Positions 39,701 to 53,095 of a stretch of 64,000 nt of DNA are shown one piece after another. The notes under the pieces are model-generated. The model ran no database searches. It was not told where the DNA came from and saw only the letters and a program-made list of their open reading frames with translations. This DNA is from Balanoglossus misakiensis. Its lineage: Eukaryota > Animalia > Hemichordata. Within the stretch, counting starts at the first letter, position 1. The number at the start of each line of letters is the position of its first letter. The stretch covers positions 236,683-300,682 of the forward strand of contig CM082580.2 of assembly GCA_040954595.2 (NCBI GenBank), given 5' to 3'. Both the position numbers and the translations under genes were made by a program.

Positions 39701-40090
39701 CCTGGTTACTGTGTGCTCTGGTTAATGTTGACGCAAAGGTTGACCCCACCAAACACTCAAAATTAATGGGCAGAACACTGTCCACTACGGCCTGGTTACT
39801 GTGTGCTCTGGTTAATGTTGACGCAAAGGTTGACCCCACCAAACACTCAAAATTAATGGGCAGCACACTGTCCACTATGGCCTGGTTACTGTGTGCTCTG
39901 GTTAATGTTGACGCAAAGGTTGACCCCACCAAACACTCAAAATTAATGGGCAGAACACTGTCCACTACGGCCTGGTTACTGTGTGCTCTGGTTAATGTTG
40001 ACGCAAAGGTTGACCCCCATCAAACACTCAAAATTAATGGGCACGATACTGGCCACTCTGGCCTGGTTACTGTGTGCTCTGGTTAATGTT
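27720..40090. repeat. Satellite array of 90-bp and 74/75-bp monomers (~11.5 kb excluding the inserted MITE)
   Basis: 90-mer: gttaatgttgacgcaaaggttgaccccaccaaacactcaaaattaatgggcagaacactgtccactacggcctggttactgtgtgctctg. The 74-mer lacks the last 16 bp and ends gggcacgatactggccactctggccta. Confidence 0.99.
33503..34334. mobile_element. 832-bp non-autonomous DNA transposon inserted in the satellite; perfect 32-bp TIRs, 7-bp TSD
   Basis: cacggttactagaagaagacggttaggaaact and its exact reverse complement. GCTCTGG duplicated at 33496-33502 and 34335-34341, with the satellite monomer defining the empty site. Confidence 0.95.
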
Positions 40091-40731
40091 AATGGTAGGT
40101 CGTGGCTGTCTCATTTCAGGGATTTGTGGACTAAATGTCAATCTTTGTACTATTCGTACATGAAACTTTTCTTTTAAATACAACTTACAGACCAACATAG
40201 ACAGTCATGCTTATATAAGTATGACTATCTATTAAAGTAACATTCATATCATGATTGTTGTTTTACACTGTGTTTTCAAAGTAATTGTTGCAGTAAACCA
40301 ATTGCCTTGCTTGGAAATATTAAAAGGGAAGTCCTGTCCAGCTGATTTATGCATAATTTCTACACAATGTTTTTTTCTGAAAGAATGACCTCAAAGCTAC
40401 CCAATTATGTAGCTGAACCGGACTTCCCCTTTAAATGCTACCAGTGAGCTTGTTTGTCTTTGTAAATACACTCAAGTATTAATCCCCTTTTTCTCAGAAT
40501 TCAATGCATCTTCATGCCATGAGGTGAGAGGACACTTTTGTTAGCAGGAGGGAAACAAATCCAAAATAAATAATAACAGTGCAAAGTTGGTCTGCTGACT
40601 TTCTCCACATTTCATTATTGAATTACGGCAAAATTATGAAATCCAATTATGAAATTCAGCTTTTTGTCCACTTTTTGTTGCTGCAAATTCATTGCGGTAT
40701 AAAGGTCAATAATATGACAAATCTTGGTTAA

Positions 40732-40916
40732 AAGTATACAGTCACCTTCAATACACATTCCCATATATGGCTGAATGGCGTATTTGAGCATTCTAAAGAA
40801 CATATGGTGGCGCCTGTTTTCCACGTGTGCCACCAAATGAAAATCTGTGATTGGCTAGATTTCAATTTTCCATGGTAACTATATATAGCTAATTTTCCAT
40901 GGGTGATCATATACCT
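40732..40916. mobile_element. Kolobok-like MITE (TTAA-flanked); related partial copy at ~55997-56150
   Basis: ttaa|aagtatacagtcacc ... ggtgatcatatacct|ttaa. Confidence 0.7.
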
Positions 40917-43236
40917 TTAACTCTATAGTTTAACATGATACTTACGAACACATGATTGGTTAAAAGTGTAGACATCATACATTGAGAGACCAGTTTCTCC
41001 AGGTGGCAGATAGAATCCACCTGTGCCGTTATTTGCATATAAGAGATAGCCTTCTTCACAGGAACATTGAAAACCACCTGCAGTGTTTTTACAAAGTTGA
41101 TCACAAGAATGTGAAGCACATTCATTTATATCTACAAAGAAGGAACATGGATTGGATTAAAACAATGTACGTTCAGTAAAATTGAAAGTATTGTCATTTC
41201 TTTTAATCGTGAATTTTGGGATTATCTTGTGTACGTACAAGATGAATCTGTGATAAAATAAAGGCGTCACCTTGCTTGCTTTTGAAATACAAGGCCATTA
41301 ATTTAGTTGATAATAGAAGAAACCTGCTGACTCAGCATGGTTCACCAATGGTTTGTCTATGGACAAAAACCTTAAAGAAATTTATCTCAAAATAGAGCAT
41401 TGTAATCACACAATTTTATTTGACCAATGAATTTATATTTACTAGACTGAGCTATGTGTAAAATTTCGTGAAAATGACAATAGTAGAAGTTTGTTTTCTA
41501 GCAATTATCAATGTAATCCTATGAGAAAAAGACACCTGAGATTAAAAGGTCATTCCAAAAATTTATCCGGAATTCTGAAATAAGTTCGGAATGTGTTAAA
41601 TGTGAAAATAGTGACTTGAAGTTATGTTGCAAGTGACTTGATTATGTCTCACCTTTGCATGCTGTTCCATTCACATCTGGTTCAAATCCCACCAAACATG
41701 CACACTGATAGTCACCATCTCTATTTTCACAGACTTGATTGATTCCACACCGTGCCACCAATGTACTACATTCATTGATATCTGAAATGTTATTTATCAA
41801 GATATGATCAAAATCCCACAGGTCCGCTGGTAAATTCAGACCAACAAGTTTAGCTGGGAACCACCAGACCAACAGGAAATTTTCACAAACAAATTTTCGC
41901 GAACTATGCAAGAGCCAAAAAAAAAAAGACATTTTTGCGTAAAAAACTATTTTCAGTGATAACAATGTAGTGAAATACGAGAACATGAAAATTAATCGTC
42001 TCATAACAGTTTCTGCTTTTGATATCGCAAAAAATTTCTTTGTCGCGAAAATTTCCTGTTTTACAGTAATCAATGAAAAATAAAATTACGAAAATCATGA
42101 AATTTCTGACAGCCATAGATTTGCATGGCATGAACTGTATGTCCTATCAGCATGTAGTTTAGGTGACATTTATGATAAATAGTCAAATTACTGGAGTGAT
42201 CGATTACGGTACCTCATAAGCAGACAACCACATGAAGACCAATCTTGATGTGAACTTACCAATGCATGATGGTATTGCACTATTCCACTGTAAATCGGAT
42301 TGACAAGTCAGGTAATCAGCACCATTTAATTCATAGCCAGCATTACAATAGAATGTGATGTTACTGCCCATATAATATGGTCCACTATCAGGGACAGCTT
42401 GTAGATGTGGGTCTGTTATGAGTATATCACTGCAGTTCAATCCTGCAAGTAAAAAAAATAAAACACTATGTGGATGCAGACTTGATTGTGGTATATATAT
42501 TGGGTATCTGTATTCTGTCACAACTTTAACATTTTCACCCCAAGTTCCCACTATAAAAGTCCAGATACCATTGACTCCTTTTTTTCAATTATCGACTAAA
42601 TTCATGACTCTGTATTTCAAAAACAAGCGTGGTGACCCCTATATTTTATCACAAATTTTCATTATACATACATAGGATAATCCAAAAATTAACAATTAAA
42701 AGAAATGACCATATTTTCAATTTTACTGAATGTACATCCTTAAATGACTTACGTTGACAGTATCCTGGATCTCCAATCCATGATCCATCTTCACCACATG
42801 TAGAGACAGTGTAGCCAGTCAGACTGTAGCCAGATGGACATGAGTAGGCAATGGTTGTTCCAAAAATCAATGAATCACCATTAACAATTTCATATGATAA
42901 GTATTTGTCTACATTCGGTGGTGGACACTCGCGAGCTGTTTGGATAAGATGAACAGATAACATTACAAGTGTGTTAATACTAGGAAAATGGTTTAAAGGG
43001 ACATGTAGCAGTAACCCTCACAATCCTGCATATTTTCAAGTTACCAGTGTCTGGTTTAACATTCAGTGTGTAATGTCCCAATTAGACACCCATGTGGAAT
43101 GTAGCAACCAGCACAAAGTGCCCCATCATAACGCTATGGAGAGAATTTCAACTTGAGTCAGTGATTTTTATGAAAACATGACAGTGAACACCCTGTGTTA
43201 TACTTTGTTTTCAAAACGACTCATCACACACTTTAA

Positions 43237-43536
43237 AGCCTCTAGAGCTGCCAAATTTCACAATTTTTTTCTTTTCCACAGTAAAACCTTTCAAATCTAT
43301 GGTGATGCATACCACGATAGCTAGCTGCATACTGTTTGTATGGAGGCTGATTTTAATAAAATGGGTACGGCACCTGTTTAATACATTGCACGTTTAAATT
43401 GCAACATACAGCCACAATCAGGCATTGATGACATGTTCTTGTATCCCTATCAGTAAGCTTAATTATTTCAATGTACCAATCTACGTCGGAAAATAAAATC
43501 TGAAAATAAATGCAAAAAGTGGCAGCTCTAGTGGCT
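43237..43536. mobile_element. Kolobok-like MITE (TTAA TSD)
   Basis: ttaa|agcctctagagctgcca ... tggcagctctagtggct|ttaa. Confidence 0.8.
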
Positions 43537-43939
43537 TTAAAGCACTGAAAGGTTCAGAGGACTAACATTTTTCTGAAAATCCGTCTCCTAAGTGTGCACT
43601 ACAATGGCAGTTTAATTGTTTTCAAAAATATCAACTTACGCTCGCATTGGGGCACAAGTGGACCCCAGACACCATCTGCTTGGCATTCCAATGAAGACAC
43701 ATTATTTATAAACTGATAGCCCTCAATGCATTGATAATAAGCAATGCCACCATACACTGTACTGGTAACATTGGTAAGAATTCCATTGCTGCACTCAGGG
43801 GGTCCACCACATGTTATTCCTAAAAAATAAACAACAAATTAGTGTCATTCAAGTTGTTGCTAACAATAGATTCAAGAGACAAATTAAGTCACTGCACTTT
43901 TTTCATTAATTATCTTGGATACAAGACACCAGGCTAGGC

Positions 43940-44054
43940 ATATTTGCATAGCTGGTACGACTTATACACGGCGAAAATGTTTTTTTTTCCTGAAAGAGTG
44001 ACCTCAAAGCTACAAAATTATGTAGATATCAGCTAGACCGGACATCCCCTTTAA
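43940..44054. mobile_element. Kolobok-like MITE fragment truncating a sushi exon; related to 40321-40434
   Basis: 'gacctcaaagctac..aattatgtag...ccggac.tcccctttaa' is shared with 40387-40434. Confidence 0.65.
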
Positions 44055-44230
44055 CTACTGGATAACCGTCCGAGCATTGGAATGAGACAGAGACATCATA
44101 CCTTCTATCTCTGTACTGGTCACCACGCCCTCACTAATCACAATTTCGGGACAGTCTGTCAGAACAAGGATCACAATGATAAGAATGCATGCAGACAAAT
44201 ACTTAAACTCATAAATGTCAGTTGTTTTAA

Positions 44231-44454
44231 AGTGAAGGGGTCGTCGCAATGCGTTTGTTTATAAACATTACAATTCATCCACAAATCCCTCAAATAAGAT
44301 AATTCTTAGAATGAACGAAGCAGCTGACAGTATCCTAGACTGTCCATGACAGCAACTGAAGATCCTAGTAGGTCGTGGCTGTCTAATTTCAGGGATTTGT
44401 GGATGAATTGCAATGTTTATAAACAAACAAACGCAGTGCGACGACCCCATCACT
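44231..44454. mobile_element. Foldback MITE (Kolobok-like, TTAA/TTAT flanks)
   Basis: ~65-bp inverted arms agtgaaggggtcgtcgca... / ...tgcgacgaccccatcact. A partial copy at ~40095-40135 abuts the satellite. Confidence 0.75.
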
Positions 44455-45921
44455 TTATTGAGTGTGATACAAGAGTGTTGCCATTCCTGTCAATGGTCCA
44501 AAATTGCATTGCAATTGTAAGAAATTACTGTCTCTGTTTTTCCAGCTCTTTGAAGTTTCGTAAAAATTCAAAAACATTTGCACCTTTCAATTAATGACTC
44601 TAAATCACAAGGAATAAAGGGAGAGTGTGTTTCTAAGAATTCTGTAACAACTTTTTCTGAAATGTTAGTAAGTTACTGTAAAACACTTTATTTTCGCGAG
44701 CAAGAGATTTTCGCGAAATACGCGAGAGCCAAAATAGCGTGAAAATAAAAAGTTGCGTAATTTTTTTGAAGATAAAGATGCAATGAATGAAATAAGAGAA
44801 CGCGAAAATTAATACTGGCGAAACAGTGGCCTCTCTCGATGTCGCGAAAAATTTCAACTCGTGAAAATAAAGTGTTTTACAGTATGTGTACCTGGTGAAA
44901 ATGAAGCCCTGAATCCTTTAGCTGGTCGTGTTCTACTACTCCTGAACACAACCGAAAAGTGTCCAATGTCTGTACGGCAATCGGGTGGTGGCACTGTGCC
45001 ATCAATGACTCCATCAGAATTGCCACTCCATGGACCAATAATGACATCATCATCACTCTCAGTACCATTGTATACCTTCAGAAACAAAGACAAATTAAGC
45101 ATGCATTGTAAATACCGTAAAACGGGAAATCTTCACAACAGGAAATTTTCGCGATATCAAAGGTGGCTACTGTTACGCGACAATTAATTTTCACATTGGC
45201 ATATTTTACTGCATTGTTATCTCTGAAGCATTTTAAGCGACTTTTTATTTTCATATTTTTTGGCTCTCACATAGTTTACGAAAATTTATCGTTCACGAAA
45301 ATTTTATAGTATTCAATCCTTGTTGCATTTCCTGCTGTAACAGCTACTCAACATACTGTAAAATGGGAAATGTTCGCAAACAATAAATTTTCGCGATCTA
45401 CGTGAGAGCCATCAAAACATGAAAATAAAAAGTTGCGTAAAAATGTTTTTCGGGGATAATGATGCAGTGAAATACAAGAACGTGAAAAGTTATTGTTGCA
45501 TAACACTTGCCTCTTTTGATAACGCGAAAATTTCATGTTGCAAAAGTATCCCGTTTTACAGTATATATGTGATTAATTAAATTTCCAAATTGTGTTCCAA
45601 AGTTGTATAGTTTGAAGTAATGTCTGCCAAAATTGTCAAACTAAAATCACTGCAAAATAATATGACAAATTTTTTAATATGACAAATATTTTTAACATGG
45701 CTGACTCATGATCATATCTGATACTCACAATGATGTAATCAACATCTGTGTTCCTCTCTAATCCAAAGTTCTCATCAAAGATAAGAGTTAATGGTCTTCC
45801 AGTTGGTTCCTTGATTAACCAGCTACACATAACATCATCAGGGTAAGTGCTAACATCATACCCTGGTGACTGAATCGTGCCAAAACTACGCAGAATTTCA
45901 ATTCCCTGGCAACCTTTAAAG

Positions 45922-46670
45922 AAACAAGTGACCTATCGGTCAAAAGAGCTCTGCTGACTTTAACAGTGAAACCTATAGCTGGGCAATGATATGAATACCC
46001 TAGGTTTTAATCATAACAATTGTATTCTATTAAACAAAACCAAACATAGACATCACAAGTATTTAATATCCACATTCAGCCTGATTCATTGTGCTAAAGA
46101 AAGAAAGAATTTATTCCTAAAGAACAACATCAAAAGGAAGTACCAAGGTACTAATTTGCATATTCATGACCCGATCAAAATTCCAATAAAACAAAATCAG
46201 GTAGGGGCACCATAACACACATTCTACCAAATTTCAGCTCCATCGTACATGTAGTTAGGGAGAAGAAGATTTTTTACCAAAAATTATATTTTTAGATCTA
46301 ATTTGCATATTCATGACCCGATCATATCCAAATTTATGAAATCAGGTAGGGGCACCATAACACACATTCCTGCCAAATTTCAGCTCCATCGTACATGTAG
46401 TTAGGGAGAAGAAAATGTTTGACCAACATTCTATTTTTAGATCTAATTTGCATATTTATGACCCCATCAAATCCAAATTTACAAAATCAGGTAGGGGCAC
46501 CATAACACACATTCCTACCAAATTATAGCTAAATATGCAATGTCGTTTTAACGAAGAAGATTGAAATACCGAAAGTTGACGGACGACGGACAACGGACGC
46601 CGGACGACAGACGGACACTTATCAACCTACTGCTACAGCTTGGCTGACACAAGTGACAGCCAAGCTAAAA
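45922..46670 (-). mobile_element. HINE/Helentron-type element with ~146-bp internal tandem repeats
   Basis: End hairpin 'agcttggctg..cagccaagctaaaa', (GGAC/GAC)n microsatellite, three 'ctaatttgcatatt' units (46151, 46298, 46443), other end 'aacaagtgacctatcggtca'. Confidence 0.75.
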
Positions 46671-47048
46671 ATACCAAACAAGGAATAATGAATTCAATCC
46701 ACAGGTTTGGTGTAATCCTGGCTGCCTTTTATTTTGTGCTAGGGGATCAAATCACATAATAATTGCCTTCTGGATAAAAAGTCGTACGCGACAGAAGAAA
46801 TGACTGTTAACTGTATATGACTTCCTTAGGTCAAACCTTTCTGTCGTTATACATGTAGTTATCAAATTAAACTCATTTAACTTTTTTCACATTTTGTTAT
46901 TTTTTCTGTTAAAAAGTTTCATAATGACCCAGTATCAGATTAGCTTATATTATAAACTTCCAGAAAGAATGGCAAAAGAAGATAGATCTGTGATCCTTAC
47001 AATTCTTACTGGGTTGAAATTCTTTGGGAATGATTTTAAGTGATTTAA

Positions 47049-47397
47049 AGGGACAAAGTTTCTCTCACTCGCTGCCCTTTTTCCATTAACTATGTTTGAT
47101 ACAAGACACTGTTTATGTTATTCTACATGTGGATATATAGTGAATCAACATTCAACCACGCACAACTTCCATCCCGTTTGTAGGATATGAGAGTAAAAAT
47201 ATTGCCAAAATGAATAAACGGTAGAGACCAATTATTCATTTTGGCGAGTTTTTTCACTCTTGTGTCTACAAGTGGGATGGAAGTTGTTTGTGGTCAAACG
47301 TTGTTTTAATATATATCCACATGTAGAATAACATAAACGCTGTATTGTATCATCATAATTCCTGGAAAAAGGGTAGCGAGAGAGAGTGTTTGTCCCT
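47049..47397. mobile_element. Copy of the AGGGACAAAG Kolobok-like MITE (also ~47800-48075, ~59676-59966, ~60760-61056)
   Basis: Same TIRs and TTAA flanks as 4549-4895. Confidence 0.85.
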
Positions 47398-49451
47398 TTA
47401 AAACATTGTTCTCTTGCATCATGAATCCTTGATTGCCTCTTCATTCAAACAACGTCTTGATCAATTTGAATGCGTTACCTACCTGCCCAGTAATGTACAT
47501 GAAAACCTCTCATTGTAACTGCATCATCACTCTTAATGTCAACTCTCATCATACTTTTGGAAGATATGATGACATTGGGTAACTCCATCCCAGAAAATAA
47601 AGCAAGTCTGAGGGCAGGATTCAGTTCAGCGCCATCGTATACAGACACTTGATCAGCCCCATCTTCTGTTGCAAAGGAGATAAACGGAAAAGATATAAAA
47701 AATAGCATCAAAGACACTTTGCTCCCATTTGATATGTACATTTAAATGTGACATACCGTACAATCATAGTGATCACAATTTCCTACACAAAACCATTAAG
47801 GGGCAAAGTCTCTCTCTCTCTCGCTGCTCCTTTTCCATTAATTATCGTTTGATTATCGTTTATGTTATTCTAGATGTGGATATATAGTGAATCAACATTC
47901 CATCCCGCTTCATTTTGGGCGAGATTTTTACTCTCATATCCTAAAAATGGGATGGAAGGTGTGTGTGGTCGAATGTTGATTCACTATATATCCTCATGTA
48001 GAATAACATAAACGGTGTCTTGTATCAAACATAATTAATGGGAAAAGGGCAGCGAGAGAGAGAGACTTCGTCCCTATAAGGACACCTTTAGCATTGATGA
48101 GGTAATATAAGAATACATCTGATAAAGAATATTTTCACATCCCAATAAACCAAAATCCAAAACAACTGGAAGAGCCGTTTCTGACATAAGTGGACTTTTG
48201 GACCAAAAATGTCTAAAACTACCCACCCCCCTCCTCCCCAGTATTGATATTTGTCACATGTTTATGTACACCATAATAACAAATATTGTAGGTCCTTGTA
48301 AACCAAATTTTAAGAAATCGGAAAAGTGACTACTGAGAATTGACCAGAAATGACAAAAATAAAATGTATTTTTAAAAATATAATTACTAATTTTTGTCAT
48401 GCTGTAAAACAACTCACACGATTAATTGCATCTGAATCCACTACCTGTAAAGTGACAACAAATTCTGTTGTGAATGATGCCAGCTGTCAGTTACAATCTT
48501 CATTGTTGAGATAATTCTTGCCTTCAAAATATTCTGTACTGCTGAGATTCTGTTTATATGACTGTGCTATGAAATTCCCACCACACAAAGAATACACTGA
48601 AAGAAAGAAGAAGTCATCTTAACAGAAACACTTCACAAACAGGACATCAGCAAGATCACAGTCGAGGTAGGGCAAATATTGCCTACATGTGCAATCTATA
48701 ATGTTATACCAGGTTCACGTAGGGTAAAATTCGAAACGTTTCAGAGACACTATTTGCCTAAGGTAAACACAGAGCATTAATGCTTTTAGTTGCCTTGTGT
48801 CCACACATGCAAAGTTTATGTGTAGTTCGCGAAAATTTATCGTTTGCGAAAATTTCCAGTTTTACATTATGTATAAAACTTGGTATTACCTGCTTGCCAA
48901 GATGCTTCAAAGCCAGTAGCAGTATGCGAACTATCTGAGAGAAATTTCACCAACATTGCATTACCACTGCTAATAACTTCATCAGGCTGGTCCGGTCCAC
49001 TGTATGTGGCAAGAACTTTGGATGGGTCAAACACAGACACCTCGACAATGACAACAGTATCATGATAAAGTTCAGTGTCAAAATGTAGAAACTGAAAAGA
49101 ATAAAAAAATGTCACAACACACATCATAAATAGTGAGCTGTCTCAAGCCAATATACATGAAAATAAACACAGTTTCATGACTTAAGCCCCATTAGCTGTA
49201 ACTTTTTGCATTTTTCAGTATTTCTATTCTGTGTATCAATTATAGTTTCTTGTTCAGCTACGCAGGGCAGAGTTAAATCCATAGTCTTAACTTCTCAACA
49301 AAACCTATGAGGGCACAATCGGCATTGTTGTTGTTTGAAAACATTCGTAAATAATAACAACAGTCAGTACACATACACATGACTCGTTGACAAGCAGAGA
49401 GCTGGGTGTGATGGGTTACTCATGAGGAGAGGAACAAGAAAAAGTGTTTAA

Positions 49452-50112
49452 TTTAAATAATAACACATGATAGCGAGGGCAATATCACGATTTGAAGCCT
49501 GCATGAGGGATGGTGATCTCTGACCATAATATTGATGATGCCCGAGCCGCAGGCGAGGGTATCATCAATATTTTGGTCAGAGATCACCAGCCCGAGGGCA
49601 GGCTTCAAATCGTGATGTTGCCCGAGCATAATGTGTTATTAATTTTATTACGCCGAACATTTGAACGTACATACACTGCAGCATGTAGCATGTAGACTCG
49701 CGTCCATATGTCGTACGTTGCTGAGAATGTAAAATGTCTCGATCTCCCAAGAATTATACGATACCTACTTCGAACTTAGATTATTTTGAAAATACTGCGC
49801 TGTTGGTTGCGATTTTGGTGTATTTACTGCCCGTTTGCAGTAAAATATCATCCAGTAGAACAGGTGTTAAGCCTGTGTGTCGCTTTGAAGCCATATAGAT
49901 GCGGGAGTTGACTGATCGTGAAGGAAGCCATTGAACGACAGTTTGGAACGCGCAGAAGTCGTGCCCAGAACACCAAAACAACCAAGCGGGCAATATCAGC
50001 GCACGCGACAGGGCTTTATCAACTCTAGCCATGTTATATCACTTTTTTTTCTATATCACGTGAGCGCGTCTCAGCCAATCACGAAAACGGTATAATACGT
50101 GAGGTGTAATAA
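49452..50112. mobile_element. Non-autonomous Crypton-like element with a terminal ~185-bp palindrome
   Basis: Palindrome ~49455-49642 centred on cccgagccgcaggcgagggt. Inner 'ttattacgcc' is inverted at the end as 'ggtgtaataa'. No TSD seen. Confidence 0.55.
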
Positions 50113-51169
50113 ACACAAAACAAAATTACTGATAAACTAGCCTGAAGTTATAGATAATGGCCCTTTAATTCAAAAGTTTACCAAAAATCATGTTTGTTAT
50201 AAGGAAGAAAAAAATCAAATTATTTTTTTTTAGTTGAAATGAATTTAAATCTAATACATGTGTCTGTTTTTTTTTTTAAGTGTTTGTATGTCGAATGGAC
50301 GGGAAAAGGTGTTTTGTATAGGCAGGTTTCCAGATTAGACAGAGTTAGTGGTTTATGCAAGTTTTACTGTAAAAAATAACTGGTTTTGGAATTTGACAGT
50401 TTACAAGTGAGCACTTATTCTGGATGTTGCAGGTCCCTGGATTGTCCAAATACATTCTTGTAGAATGTAATAATTATCATCTGGGTATCCAGTGCTGTGA
50501 AAGGTCCCCGATTCACCAGTTTCCAAACCACCACATGTTCCTGAATATCATTAAAATAAAAAGAAAGAGTATGTTTGTGTGATGAATGGTCATAAAGATT
50601 CAGCTCATCAAGTTGACGAAATTTCATTGATGATAAAATTACTTCACCAACAGTGAGTATCCAATGTACATGTATAAAACAATGTTTGTATTAGTATAAA
50701 TCAAATGTAAAAATTTTGAAACGACATTTATCACACCCGAAAATTCCAAGAACCGCATATTATGATTCTCTAAGCTCAAACTATCAGTGTGACAGATGCC
50801 AGATTCTTAAAATACTTGGCCCAGTTTTGTTTCTGATTTATATTTATGACATACTGTAAAACAGGAAATTTTTCATGATATCAAAAGTGGCAACTGTTAT
50901 GCGATGATTGATTTTCGCATTCTCATATTTCACGGCATTGCTATCTTCGAAAAACATTTTGACACAACTTGTTTATTTTCGCGTTTTTTTGGCTCTCGCA
51001 TAGTTCGCAAAAATGTATCGCTCGCGAAAATTTCCTGTTTACAGTACAAAATTCTTTGAGGATCAGAATTTCTGCTGACAGTTCAAAAGTAGTCTTTAGT
51101 TGCAAAGGAGATGATCATACAATTAAACCACGATCGTGACGTCACACTATTCAATAGACAAGTCATTCA

Positions 51170-52600
51170 CTGAGAGAACCTCCGTCTCACACAAAACCAC
51201 AGGTTTAAAACCAAGTCCCGGGTAGTTCTAGAACTACCTCCGGGGGTTCTAGAACTACCGCAGGACTCAGTCTCACCTGTCGTAACAAAAATACAAATAC
51301 ACAATGCTTTATTTGCATAATTACATTTACTTCTATACCTGTATTCAAAGTACATTTCATTTGAATAGAGTAATTGTTATGTTAATTGAAAGCGAACTGG
51401 ATATGCGACAGTCTCCGGATCATTTCATTCAATGCTTCACATTCACAGTTTTGTCTACTGACGTACAAAGCTAATGTCTTGGTGGCTCTCGAGAGTCTTC
51501 ATAACATGATAATAAAAGTATAAAATAGACAAAAATCAATTCACCAGAAACAAACTAACGTTGCAATAAATTAACTACAAATTTCTAGAAAATTATACTA
51601 AATCACATTATCCCCAGATTTGCTTGTATTACTCTAACCAGATGCTTCACTTCGATTTTGCTTCACTACCGACATGTAACAAGGTTGGCTGTTTTAGGCC
51701 TAAAACCCGCGTACCTTGCAAAATTCTGCTTACTTTTTGTTGCTGTACACCAGACGTGTGTTTGTAATGTCGGACGGATTCACTTCGGTATCAAGTCTTT
51801 TCGCAGATGAGTTACTCACCAATATCGCTACCATACAGACGTGTTGCCGCTGTGGCTCGTAGAGAGTGGTTCGTTCAAAAGCCAGGGAGGCCAATACACA
51901 GACGGGCAGTAGTACCATGTAGAGCATTGTTACCCGGTTTTTGCTTTACCAACATGTAGCCGCTTGTTTTCGCAGATGATATAGATCGGAACTACATGTA
52001 TCTTCAGATCGATTTCATGGACATTTGAAGGAAAATAAAAAAAAAACGTGACACTTACATGTAGGCCTTCTGCATTTGGCCTAGAAAATTTTCGCGTAAG
52101 CTTACCATGTGCACGCAAAACCCCAATAGCTGTAACGCTTCCCATAATACACTACGTAACACACCTGTAAAGTTTAATTTGATGCAAATTAGTGTTTGAA
52201 ATTAGCATATCACTCTGACACGTAAGCATGAACATTTAGAGTAACACCTGTCAAGCGTGGGCGATCTTGTAAGGCCCAGCAGGGCGGTCTAGAACTACCT
52301 GCCCACGACATGATTCATTTATAGGAAAAGGGGTGGCCAACCAAATTTCACAGTCAGCAATGAAGAATAAGCCTCTTTTGATAAGCTTTTGTTCGTTCAT
52401 TTTATTGAATCGTTGAGTAAAACGACGTCTTTGTGGTACACGAAGCTCCAATGGTGACAATGTCTGTGGGGGGTCGTGGTTTAAGTTAGAGAACCACCTC
52501 CCCCTCAGTGGTTCTTGGTTTCCAATCGCCTCGGGCCTGCGGCCCTCGGCAATTCGAAACCAAGAACCACCTCGGGGTCGGTGGTTCTCTATTACATAAA
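51170..52600. mobile_element. Second Crypton-like element with a terminal palindrome
   Basis: Palindrome 52488-52591 centred on ctcgggcctgcggccctcgg. 'agagaacc' and 'tctagaactacc' motifs are shared between ~51170-51260 and ~52290-52500. Confidence 0.45.
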
Positions 52601-52799
52601 TAGTCTAAAAGAAATTGTTAAGTAAACATAACCATACAATTAATGAGTGGAATTATCTAGCGACAACTGGCCTCAATTTTGAATTTCAAATATAACACCA
52701 TTCTGCACCCAAGGAGACATCACATGATCTGATCCCCCTTGTTTAACTTTTAGTGGTGAGCTCTTCCAAGTATATCTTGTATTGCTTAGGGGACTCTAA

Positions 52800-53095
52800 C
52801 TCTCTCTCCTTCCCTCCCTTCCACCCCCTCCCCCTCCCTCTCTAGCTCTCTCCCTCCCCTCTCCCGCCCCTCTCCCTCCCTTCTCCCGCCCCTCTCCCTC
52901 CCTCCCACCCCTCTCTAGCTCTCTCTCCCTCCCTACCCCCCTCTACCCCTCCCTCTCCCTCTAGTTCTCTCTCCCCCTCTCCCTCACTACCACCCTCCCT
53001 CCCTCCCTCCCTGTCACTCTCCAGCTCTCTCTCCCTCCCCTCTCACTCTCCCCTCCCAGCCTCTCCCTCCCGCTCTTTTGCACACACTCTCTCTT
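52800..53095. repeat. CT-rich polypyrimidine low-complexity tract
   Basis: About 290 bp of almost only C and T. Confidence 0.9.

Noticed and set aside
27797-40086. Long ORFs on both strands (up to 1095 aa) in the satellite
   Set aside because: They follow from a 90-bp unit that lacks stops in one frame per strand. The 74-mers and the MITE break the frames freely, and there are no splice signals or domains.
48487-48489. In-frame TGA as selenocysteine or readthrough
   Set aside because: It occupies a conserved Trp (TGG>TGA) in a gene with several other disabling lesions.
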